This document shows positions 14,491 through 27,178 of a stretch of DNA of 64,000 nucleotides, in pieces; the stretch's first letter is position 1, and every line of letters begins with the position of its first letter. The DNA comes from Basidiobolus meristosporus CBS 931.73 (lineage: Eukaryota; Fungi; Basidiobolomycota), in the NCBI GenBank assembly GCA_002104905.1, contig MCFE01000331.1, forward strand, positions 1 through 64,000, in the 5' to 3' direction. A model generated the notes under the pieces. The model was not told the DNA's origin, made no database searches, and saw only the letters and a list, made by a program, of their open reading frames with translations. The translations under genes and the position numbers were made by a program.

Positions 14491-17400
14491 GTTGTTAGCA
14501 ATCTTTAGACTGAGATACAAAGCGAATGAACCCCACCGGTATGAACGATATCGCAAGGGGATCACGCGAAAATAAACTTTCCTTTCGTTAACCATGAATG
14601 CCCATCCCCGTATCCATCTCTCCAAGGGACCACTGGCTGGCGGGTGGCTGGATTGTCCTCGGAATATCCCACCGCGATGGATTGATTGATTTCAATCCCG
14701 CGCGGGATTTATGTCAGCTCAAACCAGCCGAGATTTCCCTGGCTCACGATTCTCGAGTGCCGAGCACTGGCTGCCATGTGCAAACCCCATTTAGAGGCAG
14801 TTGATTGAGCGAACGCTCTTGCGACACCAGCTGAATCCAGTTTTGGCCAAGCGAGAGCGACTCCGAAGTAGCAAGCCAGGATCCACCGCGAGGTGAGCCA
14901 ATGGTTGGTCATTCCATTTGATGAGATTAGATAAGCGATCCGACTGATTCTTTGGCAGCGCTTCATTGGCCAAGGTTAATGCTTATGTGGAGGAACACTT
15001 TAACGCCTCAATCCGCGAATCAATTGAACATTTATTAAATGCGCTTATGGTTTGGGCTGGTATCACCTGGTGCACTACGGGCAAATCGGTTCGTGCCAGG
15101 GCAGAGGGAAAACATCGATGATTCCAGCGCTAGATCCACGGACATTTCTCCCATTTGGCTGAGTCATGTTGCACGGAATTGACAGCAAATGGTGGGTCAC
15201 GAAGGGTTGAGCCCAATTGGAATGTAGCCAAATGGATCTCGGTTATTTCCATCGTTGCTTTGGTCCTAATCGGGAAGGATTCGAATTCATGTGGAGGTGG
15301 TGGAGATGGCTCCAATGGATTGACTGAGCAGCGGTGATTTTCCTATCCAAGGCAGCGGGTTAGATGGATGCTTACTTGGCAACGCCCACCTAGTTTCTGC
15401 GGGCCAACACAACCGTGGTTGGCGGATGCAGATGTGGATACGGATACGGGGCATACTTGGGTTGAGGCTTGGAACGATCTTCAATCCTGTGGCATACACG
15501 TGTGCTCCAATATTTGGCTACCGACTTTTGTTGAGTCATCCAGGCCAAACAGGTTGCTGGACAACTCTGTGGCACCTTACGGGTTTGTTGTCACCGATGA
15601 TTTCGACACGGATCAGTGCTAAATGGGTTTGTTGAAAGCAACTTCCTGGAATTGGCATCCTGCCGAGCTGCTCTATAGATCAATCACCATCCATCGCACA
15701 TCTGCACCTGGAGCATGCAATATGGAAATTGATCTCCACATGGACACCATGCCGCTATTCCAAGAAATCCATTCCTTGTTCGAATCCCTATGCTGCCCAC
15801 GGTGGGCGGATTCCAGGTAGATCCCCTTGTTACAACGGTGGCTAAATATGTACATACGATGGAGTATCGAATTTCCGCTGGCTCCTCTCGCTTGTCCTGG
15901 AAACAAATGTGTCCACCAATCGCCGCTTCCAGCCGCAACCATCTATTTGTCACAACCCTCATCTTGATGGCATTTGTGGGATATATGCAATTGCCCCTGA
16001 TTCGCTTATTGGATTTGAAGTGCGGCTCAGTTACCAATCCTCAGACTGTGTGATACATCGGCATGCTTTCTCGCCGCCCATGAAGCTGCTTCCTAGGGAA
16101 GTCGGCTCCATTCGTTTCTGCAGTATCTATCCCTTGGTGGTTGATGTCCGCTAGTTCGGCTGTGATATAACCCTGCCGGGTGATACGACCATGCCGCCAA
16201 CTGCTGATGGTTCTATCTCGCCCACTTGGATCATTGATAGCGCACAAAAACTGTGCTCCACGTCAACCGATGTCTTTTCCCAGCTCTTTGTGCGAAACAC
16301 CATGCTTACCTGTGAAGCCGACTTAGTTTTGGGGTTGTGGGATGAGCCAAAGGTGGGTTATATCGATTATTGGACCACGTAAGATTTTTCTCCGACAGTC
16401 AGAATTCCTGAATTGCCAGATCCTGCCCACTTCGATTTGCCACCATGGTGGCAACTACAAACAAGGTCGTGATTTTGGTACGACATGGTGCGTACGGCAT
16501 TACGAATCTTCGCAGAGGGAGGCTCTTCATGCCAGACGGAGAAGTGTCCGCAACGGTTCTTGATCTTGGCTCCGAACATTCCAAACGGCAGTTCCCTCCC
16601 TAGACCTGGATCTGGCCGGAAATCAAATCCATGGCCACCTTCACTCTAGCAAGATGCTCAAACCACTGCACCACTGTTGTCAATACCCTGGGCATTCAAA
16701 TTTTGGAGGCGATTTGGTGCCAATTATTCCAAAAGGGGTTTCCACCTGTTGGTTGATTGAGTGAAATTAACGCACTTCAGCTCCTATGAAACTTTTCCTA
16801 CTTAGTATCGGGATGATACATGGCAATTCATGGGAAGTGGTGTGCGAATTTTGGGGGCTTTGGATGCGAACTATTGACTTCTGCATGCCACAATAATTCT
16901 GCGCAATTAGTCTTCTATTACCCAACTGAAACTCTTCGCTCAACCCAATTTTCTAACCAACCAGTCGTACTACATTTCATCGGTAAATGGGTGTGCCACC
17001 GTTACAAATTCTCAAACACCCCGTAAACTTTTTGTCGGTGCGATTATTGAATCTGCCTATTCTGTATTCTGGACCATATGATAACAATGGTGCAAGGGTT
17101 TTCTCGGTTATCTCATTGGTAAGTAGATGCTTCTTAGCCTTGTTCCTCAATGTAGCAAGAGAGGTTGAACTGCTTGTTAACTGAGTGCAGTTTGCCATAC
17201 CCATAAAATCTGTGACGCATGGCAGGATAAAAATTGATCTCTTTAGTCGCTGCTACGCTCGAGCGCCTATCACATGTATATCTTAAGATGAATACCGGAA
17301 GTTACCAAAAAATCAATCATGTCCAAAAGGCCCCAGGCTGCCGATCATGCCATGTTTAAGCACTAATATACTCTACTGAGGCATCTGGAAATGATGGCCG

Positions 17401-18389
17401 TAACTGGGTGAACAAGTCGGATATGCAGTTTTTACATATTGGTTTATCAGATGTAATGGTGATGTTCATACAGCTATAATGTGTATCATATGTCAAGAAG
17501 AATTCGGGAGCATGTGTGCAGTTTTGGAGTTGTCAAGCGATATTATGTTGGTGAAAATACTCCAGTAACTTTACACAGCTGGCCTAATATAATTATTTAG
17601 ACTCAAGTACGTAATTTGAAATATATATTTCCTACTTCTAGCTACCATTTGAGGTATTGTGACATGTGGTAGGTGTTGCCGGATTCTGGCCAGTATTGGA
17701 AGTGACTTGGGGAACTAGAAGATTTGCCCAATATTCACCTAGTGTTTATTGAGTTCAAGTAAAGTATTTATACTTTTTGAAAAGCTTTGTGAAGCTAATG
17801 ATGTAAATGCCTCAAGAAGGGTTTCAGAACACTTCATGCAAAGTTTAGGAGCTTTTGCACAAGTTTGAAAATATCGATAACCTCCTGGCCTTCACTCATT
17901 CTAAGAATTAGCCAATATCTCACAAATTAAATCTTGGGTAAATGACGCATGATTTAGCAATAAGCTAAGAATCTTAGGATATACAAATGGTTTAGGTGTA
18001 AGTTGAATACTTACAACTGTAGGTACTCACATACTGATTTATCTGTTGTGTGTCATGATCTTCCTGCTTGCAACAGTAAAATATTCAAGCAACAAAACTC
18101 TGGTACACCTTCAGCCATCTTTAATGTGGTATAAAAGTGAATAATACAAGCTCCCAGCATTTTGCAAATCATTGTTATGAATTGAAAGTATACCACAAAT
18201 GCTGTACTCTAAATCTGTCTAGAGTGAATATTGAGTTATTAGTATCCTATTCACACAAGTATTTACATTGAATAGCATGTATCACTTGGTCTATAAGTCT
18301 TCAGGCCAAGTTGTATACTGCAACTTATTTTGGCAGTTACCTACTATATAATATATCTTTAAGTTATACAAACAACCACAGTCTTTGCA

Positions 18390-18615
18390 CGCTTGTTTTC
18401 TACGTGTTTAAGAAGGTCCCAATAGTATGTGTGCAAAGTTTGGGGCTATTTGGGCAACTCAACAGTTTTTCATGCAATGAGTACCTTACGTTTTGATGAA
18501 AATATTCTAAGTAAACCCCGATAAGGAATTTAGCCAGGATTTTCAAGATTTGCAGACAATTATCTGAGTGACTAGGTTTGGTGAATATTTAGGTGTAATT
18601 ACGAAATTTACAACG
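18390..18615 (-). mobile_element. Degenerate Copia-family LTR
   Basis: Matches the LTR core (gtgtgcaaagtttggggct..., ggtgaatatttaggtgtaattacgaaatttacaac). Confidence 0.7.
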
Positions 18616-18639
18616 GTTGTTGGAACTGCTTCACACAAA

Positions 18640-18880
18640 GATTTTTGTATAAAGTGTTTGGAGTCCATGACTGCTTTGCATTGTCATGACACTTCCAATC
18701 TGATCATATCCATAATAGTAGTAGTACATGGTAGAGTATGTACTAGCCAAAAATTGATATTGATTGCTTTGAGGTCATACTATTACTATCATGAACCCCA
18801 GTAAGTTAGCACATCTTGAGATCTTGGTAGAATGCAGTCACTTTGAAGTAATCTTGGTACCAGCTTTTCATCCACCAAGT
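18640..18880 (-). mobile_element. Possible hAT transposase C-terminal dimerisation remnant
   Basis: Minus-strand translation DVLTYW...TLPCTTT...VS*QCKAVMDSKHFIQKSLC loosely fits the hAT dimerisation pattern; several stops. Confidence 0.3.
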
Positions 18881-19478
18881 TATTTAGTTCACACTACCCA
18901 AAAATATAAGAGGAATCTCAAATACCTTTCCAGGCATTTTGTCCCGTACAAGCTTATGCAAGTTCGCAACAAGCTGCAAAGATATCCCATCCCAACATAG
19001 TGGGATTTTCTAGGTTTGTTGAGAGAAGCATAAATAGGGAATGAAATGCAATCCGATTGCCAGCAATTACTTTGCCACTCCTTGTTGCCTGTAATACCTC
19101 GATGGTTAGAGGTATTGGCGTAAATTCTTTCACATTTCACCATATTTTATCAACATATCTAAGAGATTCAACTGCGTCACAGTGTGGAACAAACCATTGG
19201 ATATCTAACGCGAAGACGCAAAGATCAATCTGATCGGTATTTTCTTCTGCGGAAACATGGGATTTCAATTGGATTTCAAGGTTGAATGGATTTGGGATGA
19301 CTTCATCAGAATTTATTTATGCTGGTCAATATCAGATTTAGGAATGAAATTTGCGCTAACCTATCCTAATTAAGGTCAATCTCGAGACTGCGGCTAGCTC
19401 GTTCAAAATAACTTCTAGAGGCCAAAGGACAGCAGCCTCGATCGAATTCATTCTCTGCGAGCCACATACACGTTTGTT

Positions 19479-22265
19479 ATGTCTTATAAAGATAAAGGGA
19501 AAGAAAAGTCGCTTGGGTATGGTTATTGGTTTCGGATCTAATCACATCGATGCTAACCTCGCCAACCCTTAAGCTTGGATGTCAATATGTTTCCGCAGGA
19601 GCTACTTATGTACGTCTTTTCTTTCTTGGATCCAAATGGTTTGGTAAGTGACCACCCATATTATGTAACTCAAGCCCCATTTGACCCTGGATCAATCAGA
19701 CAAGCTGCTCGAAGGTTTGCCACTATTGGAGATCTGTCTTGAACGACGACATGGCTTGGAAATCTGCTTTCGTGCGAACCTTTGGCACCCTTCCCTACCG
19801 GTTCGTTGCTGAACATCGACATCTTTATTGTAGTTTATGGCTAACTGATCTGTCATTAGGCGATTGAGTAGTGATAGCTGGAAATTGGAGTACATTAAGA
19901 GAATGAAACTGATCAGGTTTGATATCTATCTTTGCCTCAGCCGGCAAGTTAAGGATCATACTCATGCCAATACCCCGTAGAACCTTTGAATTCGGTCGAT
20001 CCAAGAACATTCAATTCGATGCTAGGCTTGGAGTCATTGATCGATTGTACATAGATTTTGATGCTGGTTTTGGGCTAGCTGGTTCCTTGGATAAAGGTGG
20101 GCTTTTCTGAGTAAACTTGCTTGTACCTGCTTGGATAGTAACCCCTTGCCACAGGAATGGTGGTGAGATGTGACCACATTAGAGGAAAAATAGACAAAGG
20201 CCGTATCTTCAGCAACGAGAACCTTGCCACCATTAGGATTTCGGCGTTGAAGCTAGACAGGTATGGTGCCATTCAGTGCCCCACTGAAAGCCCCCAACCG
20301 AACTAACATTTTGGGAAGCAATCGTATCATTTGGGGATTCATGTCTGGACACGTTGCTGTAACTACGCTGAATAAGGGAGCCACCAGCCATCGCTTAAAA
20401 ACAATGCGCAGCTTCCATAACGGACCCGTTACTTGTTTGCAACGAGACCCACTGATCCCCAACATCATTCTGAGCGGAAGCGAGGACCGTCAGGTAATGA
20501 TGTGGGATCATGAGACTGGAGACTGCATAAAGGTGTTCACCGGTAAGTGGTCCAGGCTATTGCCCCACTTTGCAATCAACAACTGCTCAACCCCACTATG
20601 ATCTAGGCGCAAGCGAGACTTTGGTCGATTTGATCTTCCACCCGAACCATCGAATCGTTGCCTCTACCGCTAGCGGAGACATTCTGATATGGGATATCAC
20701 AGAGAAAGAGGACTCTCCAGCCTCCTCGGGCCCCATCTACCCCATGACGCAGTTCCCGATGGGCGCACCTGTTTCAAAACTTCATTATGACCCAACGACT
20801 TCCACGTTTTTGGTTGCTACTGCATCTAATGAGTTCAAGAAGTTTTCTGCGGAGAGTGGGGAGTGTGTTGCAGTTTACAAGGGAGGCCACATCGGAAGTA
20901 TCACTTGTATCACCTGGGCCGAGAACGAAAACGACCGAGGTAGAGGCATGATAGTCACTGGAGATGAGTATGGCGCCGTTTGCCTATGGCCGGGCGAAAA
21001 CCTTCCTGACGACCGTGACGTCGAGGTAAAGCCCATTCGGATCCTGGCGGACCATGTAGAGTCCATCACAAACCTCTACATCGACGAGTTCAAGATTGTA
21101 ACCTCTGGGTAAGTGCTGATGTGCATAGCCTACGCAGATAGAGAACTGAGCCATTGGTTGTTTCTAGGCTGGACGGCTACGTCAAAATCTGGGAGCCTCT
21201 ATCGGGCCGCTTGGTTCGCAATCTCAGCTGCAGGTATTTGGGGAGTTTTCAGTGTTTGCTGGGATCATTTACTCAGATGTTTGCAGATATTCAAGGGCAG
21301 CCATCCGAAGCGCTCAACAATATGAAACTGGACGTCGCCCAGTCCGTTGTTTCTTTGCATCTAAATACCAAATCATCATATCATTCGAAGGCCAAATCAA
21401 GTCGTGGGACTATGCGCCGGGCCACAAATCAGCAGGTAAGTGGCATTCACACCCGTTAAGGAGCACCCTTCTCTTGGCTATTGGCAATAACACAAACTAC
21501 CTCCAGCCTATTCCCGGCGACACCGCAAAAAGAAGCCAGGCCTTTTCCAGTCACCTCGCTTCCAGAGTAATCCCTTTTTCGCCTATTCATGGCTTAATTC
21601 GCACCATCTAACCACAGACCATTCTTCTAGTGAAGATGGAATTGAAAGCCGAGCTCGAGGAGACAAAGGACTACATCGAATCAGAGCGCGCAAAGATTCG
21701 TCACCAAGCTGCCATGCGAAGAGAGTTTGCACCCATCCCCGGGCTATCCGAAGAAGAACTCATGAATTACGCGATGATGCTCTCTCTGGAGAACGAGCCC
21801 AATTCCAACATTAATCCAGCCGAGCTCTCGGAAGAAGATCAGATCCGTTACGCCATGCATCTCTCCGAGAAAGACAACGGGCCCTCCCAGCCAGAAAACA
21901 GCGCCGAAGATGGGAGCGACGAGCGCGCAGCCCTGGGACCTTCTGAATCGGGGCTTGAAGAGCAGGTGCACTCATCGCTGCACATATCGCAAGATCCTTG
22001 CGATGTGTCTGAGGAACAGGAGGATAGCTATGAGAGTGATTACGATGACCAACATTTCCGACGATTGGACGAGAAAGAGTTTTATGCTTTGGACGAAGAA
22101 GAGCAAATGCTCTATTTGGCTGATCTAGAGCACTACGAAAGTGAGCTGCGGGTCCCAGCGTCTGAGGCAGAGTCTCATGTAGTCGACGGGCTTACCGAAG
22201 AAGAGATGATCCAGTATGCGATCTTCATTTCCCAAGAAGATGCAAACAAGGAGAAATCCAGCTGA
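19479..22265 (+). CDS. F-box / WD40 / UIM protein (Pof10-like architecture), about 11 introns
   Basis: Spliced N-terminus MSYKDKGKEKSLGLDVNMFPQELLMYVFSFLDPNGL|TSCSKVCHYWRSVLNDDMAW (F-box); WD repeats (IILSGSEDRQVMMWD, IVTGDEYGAVCLW, DGYVKIWE); C-terminal UIM-like motifs LSEEELMNYAMMLSLE, LSEEDQIRYAMHLSE, LTEEEMIQYAIFISQE. Confidence 0.88.
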
Positions 22266-23816
22266 CTCAATGTCGCTCATGCGTAGTCGTGCAGTTTTCT
22301 CAAACTCCTTTTAGTTTTGTTCAAAGTTTTATTAATCCAGTACCAACCCCATCCCATCCCATCAAATGGCGTGATAGCCAGGATGGTGCCTTGGTCACAG
22401 ATCTCAGCTCCGAGGTCAGATCCAACCAAGCTTGCTTAGAAGTACACGTCTTTGATCAGAAGCTGTCTTGTCGTGCTACTTAGCTGACCATTTGATCCTT
22501 TTTGCTACATCGCAGAGAAAATCATCAGTAAACAGCATTCTTTCAAGCCCGTGTCTCATTTGGCAGTTCATCTTGTTTCTGGTAAATATCCAGGCTCGTT
22601 CATTCCATGAGGTACAATTAGAGCATGATAAAGCTGATCAGCAGGCGATTGCTGTTACCTGGATAGAGTGAACACATATTTGTAGGAATCTAGAACAGTA
22701 CTAGGCGCGGGTGATATAGAAATATAAGATATATGGAGAATATGATTACTGTGCTCTCCTGATCTGGTGTGATTAGTTGTCTCTCCTTAAACCACACCAA
22801 CCCAACAGTCTCTTCTCACTGGTATCATTCACGGGTCATGTGTGCAGCTCAATTCACCTCGCACGTAATACCGGTGTAGGTTCCGTGTTCCCTCCACTCA
22901 AACAGGATTGCTCGGAGGTTTGTAAGCGTGAATGCGGCTGCAACCCAAAAGGCGGATGATGCAATTGCTACGAATAAGGTTCGCAAGTCGAGGGTGCATC
23001 TGCCACTGCAATCAGAGAGACATCTGCCCTTGAAGCACCCAGACACACCGTCAGACCGTACTCTACTTGGCGATTTGAACCGCATATTTTGATCTAGCAT
23101 CTTATTACTTTGCTTTACGATGCTATCCGGTTATACCTTGGTTTCAGGTGGTACAGGGGGCTTCGTTGACGACGCTGGGCTTCCTTTGGGCTGGCGAAGT
23201 TGGTATGGATTTCCATCACATGAGGCACTAGTGCTAGCTGCGCATCATATCTGTATATAGCGTTGACTACTGCTTCATCATCAGTAATACAAGAAATTGT
23301 CATGCCGCCCATATCCCATGTGGGATCGCAGTCTGGCCATCTAAAAGAAGGCAGTTCGATATTCCCGACTTCGGCCTAGCAGAGTACCCGGCTTCCACAA
23401 GACATTGTGGCACCCAGAGTCAAAGCACCAGGTTAGCGGTGTGAATGTGTGTTGCGTTTTATCCACGACGGGGTCCGCAGCCATCTTTGGCTCCCTGCCA
23501 GGAGATTCCCTGATCCACGGGCCGATAAAGCTTTTCGAGCCACGGAATGCTCTGGCAATACAATTACAAGTTGTCTTCGCAAAAGATGTGGCAGCTTTTA
23601 GACTGGTTCTTCTGCGGGCGTGTTACACCGCTCACGCCTGTTCGATCCTGCTGGTGCTCGCCCCAACTACATCGACATTAACAAGATCCGACCCAGCATT
23701 TGTGTTGCGTTTCTAAGATATGGAACCGGTCCGCGATCACATGTAATTCGGCCATACTTTATTAATTATGATACAAATGTATCGATCTGGGAGAGGAAGG
23801 TTTGGTGGGATGCTCG

Positions 23817-24614
23817 TCACTGCTGGCTCTTTTCAAGGGCCTCCTCCTTTTGCTTGCTAATTTCGTAGTCAGCTGTGCGATACTCCACAAACATCCAGTC
23901 CCGTTGGATCCCATGGCTTAGGTAATCCGTTGAGCCATTTAGGGCCAAGGTCCATTTGTTGGTGGCCGGATCACGTGTGTACTTACTAAGACTAGCGGTG
24001 CTGGCGTGAATATATACATCTGGATCGTCTAAAATAGCTCTTCCTGTGGTGATGACAGAAGCGGCGTGGCCAGTCAGCAATACAGTCTTGGGCTGAGCAG
24101 GATCCTTATCCAAGGTAGCGACCAGTTTTTTGATTAAAGTTTTACTACGCTCGTGGCAATCTTGAGTAGTCTCTTTACCTTCCGGAAGGGGCACGATGGA
24201 GGAATAAGCGGTGTTTATACGTGGAAAGTACTTCTTCAGCTCGTCTATAGAGGCGGGAGGCTGATATTTTTCGTACTCCAAGCCATACCATTCGCTGCGG
24301 GCAACTGTTTATAAGTAACTACTTTTATGGGAGCAGAGCATCACACTGTCTACTTACGACATTCCGTATTCCACATTGATAGGGCAGTCGTTCTTGTCGG
24401 CTACTGGTGTGATGGTTTGAAGGCAGCGATAGAACGGTGAACAATAGACGGCGTCGATCTTTTCGCCTGCTAATCTACCGGACAGCTCCTGAGCCTGTTG
24501 CAGCCCTCTCTCAGCCAGTGGTGGATCGTGACTTAGCTTGGTCGGCGAGAGGGCGTTCTCAGTAACCCAATCTTGGCGGAAGCCGTGTCTTGTTACATAG
24601 ATTGTCTCTAGCAT
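23817..24614 (-). CDS. Histidine phosphatase (phosphoglycerate mutase family), Tfc7 N-domain-like; intron 24357-24296
   Basis: IYVTRHG, DPPLAERG, SPFYRCLQT and LLTGHAAS motifs; a 62-nt GTAAGT...CAG intron joins the two ORFs in frame. Confidence 0.9.
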
Positions 24615-26296
24615 CGTAAAGAATAAAGAGCACTTGTGAGGCTGGTCAAGTATTTATATTTTTACTATTCGTCATGGTATATCAATATTTGAGCGATGTT
24701 TATTTCGGTGACGAAAGGATTCGCCAATCTAGAATCCGAAATCCCATCAGATTTCGACCGTGACCTTAATACGCACGCAAAGCTATCGAAGGATCTACAT
24801 TTGGCCAGATGTGGTGTTAATTATCCGGGAACCATTCATAACATCAACAGTGGGCTCTATCTGATGAAATTGGCTTCCAAGATTGGCTCCCACCTACTGT
24901 ATATGTCAACCTGATGCTGCTTTTGGTTTGCACACAGTTTAAGCGGCCTCCGTCTTGTAGTGCGGTTTACGTATGAGATGTATGTGCAGCTGGATACAGT
25001 CACGCAAGCCAGCCATTATTACTAATCTCGCCAACTCAATCACGAGACCAGGAAGGCAAGTCATCTAAGATTGCCTCGGGTCTGTTTCTATCGGGAGAGG
25101 CATCCCTTGATCTTGGACTCGACTCACCCCAGTGCACAGAGCACCAGTTTGGATTGAGCTTGGGTCCGCCTTTCAAACGGCTGGGATGCCATCCTCTCAG
25201 CTACACTGGATGAAACCATATGGACAGGTCTGAAAACAAGCAATCCATTCCGTGCTGCTCTGATCCTCAAACATTGCATTCGCCATAGATAAACGGGGCT
25301 GCCGCCAATGATGCATGAGGTTCCTGCATATATGGTCATATCCACCAGCAACACAAAAACAATCCCAGTGGCATAAATTGGTTTCATCTCGAGAATACAT
25401 TTGCCTTCGTATGGCCGCCAGTAGAGAACAGACCTATTGTATACCTGATTCACCTCCTCCATAGAGATCTTAGCTCAGCAGGAGAGTGGATCTTCCTAGA
25501 CATACGGTTTAATCTCATTGTATCCCTTGTCTCTGTTCCCAATTTGTAAGACTTGCTAGGATCCGTCAGCTCATTAGCAGATTCAGCCGAGGCAGACCAC
25601 CTGGCCGGTGTCACATATGATCCTAGTGTAGGGAGCATTAGGGTGGTGTGAGCACCAAGAGGCCCTCGAATCCCGAGTGCCGTTCACCTCGCGATTGGAT
25701 TGCCCCGTGGGAGGAGGATGTACAGCTGGTCAATGGGATCCCTTCCCCCGCATCAGCAGAAACCCACTCGGGCGTGGGTGCCTACATTTGTGAGGACTCA
25801 TCGGGATTGAGCAAGCAGGAATCGACATCTCGCCCATACCCAGGTGTAGGCATTTAATCAATTCACGTCAACCGCCGGCGTGTTCACCTCAGTCAGCTTA
25901 CATACGAACAAACGGATGGTCAGTTCTCATTAGTCCGGATTCACCTTGGAGAGGGCTTGCCATGCACAGGCCGTGGATCTCATAGCCATTGCTACCGGCC
26001 TCGCTGCCGGATCCAATTTTCATCTATTGCCTGGATGCTCCAACCTTCCCGCGATCTCAACCATCGATCGATCGAGGAAACGGCATCGAGCGACTCTTTA
26101 TCTAAGCAAGGGCGATCGAAGATGATGCGCCAGCGGAATGAGCTTATAAGTACGTGATCTGGAATAGGCCGATGGTTGTTAATTTCGTTCTCAATCCTTC
26201 GCAACATACAGCCAAGTATTTGAAACGATCAGCACCAAGAGCCCCTTGAGCATTTGCAAGGAATAATCTATCACCTACATCGCACAATCGGGGAGC

Positions 26297-26813
26297 ATGG
26301 AAATCTGCAAAATACTCAACAGCGACCGCCATCATCCACTGCAAGAATGGATGTCCCCATCGGTCGGCGAGGTGATCCACTTCGACCACAAGCACCAGCT
26401 CAAGCCTTTCCAGTGCCATTGCGGCAAAAGCTTCTCCCGGAAAACGGATTACTTACGGCATACAAGGATCCACACCGGAGAGAAGCCGTTCGCTTGTCCT
26501 ATCTGCCAGAAAGCATTTACCCAAAGGTCCACCCTGACCATCCACCAAAGGATCCATACAGGCGAGAAGCCTCACACCTGCCACTTTACAGGCTGTCTAA
26601 AGTCGTTTATTGATGTAAGTGCGCACTTTCTAACTGGGTTTCAGAACATGAGCTGACCTAACCGCTTCTGCTCGTCAGTCGTCATCCCTAACGAGACATC
26701 TACGCACACATACCGGAGCCCGGCCGTACATCTGTCCACATGTTGGCTGCCGCAAAGGTTACACGAGAAGAGTGAATCTGACGAAACACATGGAGAGGCA
26801 TCAGCTACTATGA
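26297..26813 (+). CDS. C2H2 zinc-finger protein (about 5 fingers); intron 26615-26678; 5' end uncertain
   Basis: [43 protein letters not shown]|[24 protein letters not shown]; canonical TGEKP linkers. Confidence 0.88.
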
Positions 26814-27178
26814 CCACGTCACAACTGCTTGACAAATTAGATATTTTCGAATGCTTTTTGGTACATTTCCCCTCTAGCTGGCATGATAGGGATGTGGACT
26901 TTCCGGATCGAAGGTCATATATCAATAATACTGGCGAACTCTGTTGAATGCTAATATCTGATTCCCATCTTTGATTGGCTTCTGCATAATAAATACCATC
27001 ACTGTTCTGTAAATCACAATCTGGGCTGGGTGATTGGAATATGCAGGGATCCTTCGTGACACCTGCGGCTGGAAAAGAGGCTTGGTCGGTGGACTGGCCC
27101 CATGCACAAACACCACCCACGCATCTACATCTTTGGACATGGCATACGTCAACAAGCCAGATAGACCACAGCGGATCG

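Noticed and set aside
14505-14575. CTGAGATAC...GAAC...GCAAGGGGA resembling a TPP riboswitch (also CTGAGATA at 13448)
   Set aside because: The P4/P5 core (CCTGAT/CTTGAT...TAAT.CC.GCG) is missing; likely chance or a GATA site.
22780-23760. Possible small spliced gene on minus (WPDCDPTWDMGG...)
   Set aside because: Could not build a consistent in-frame model or recognise a domain.
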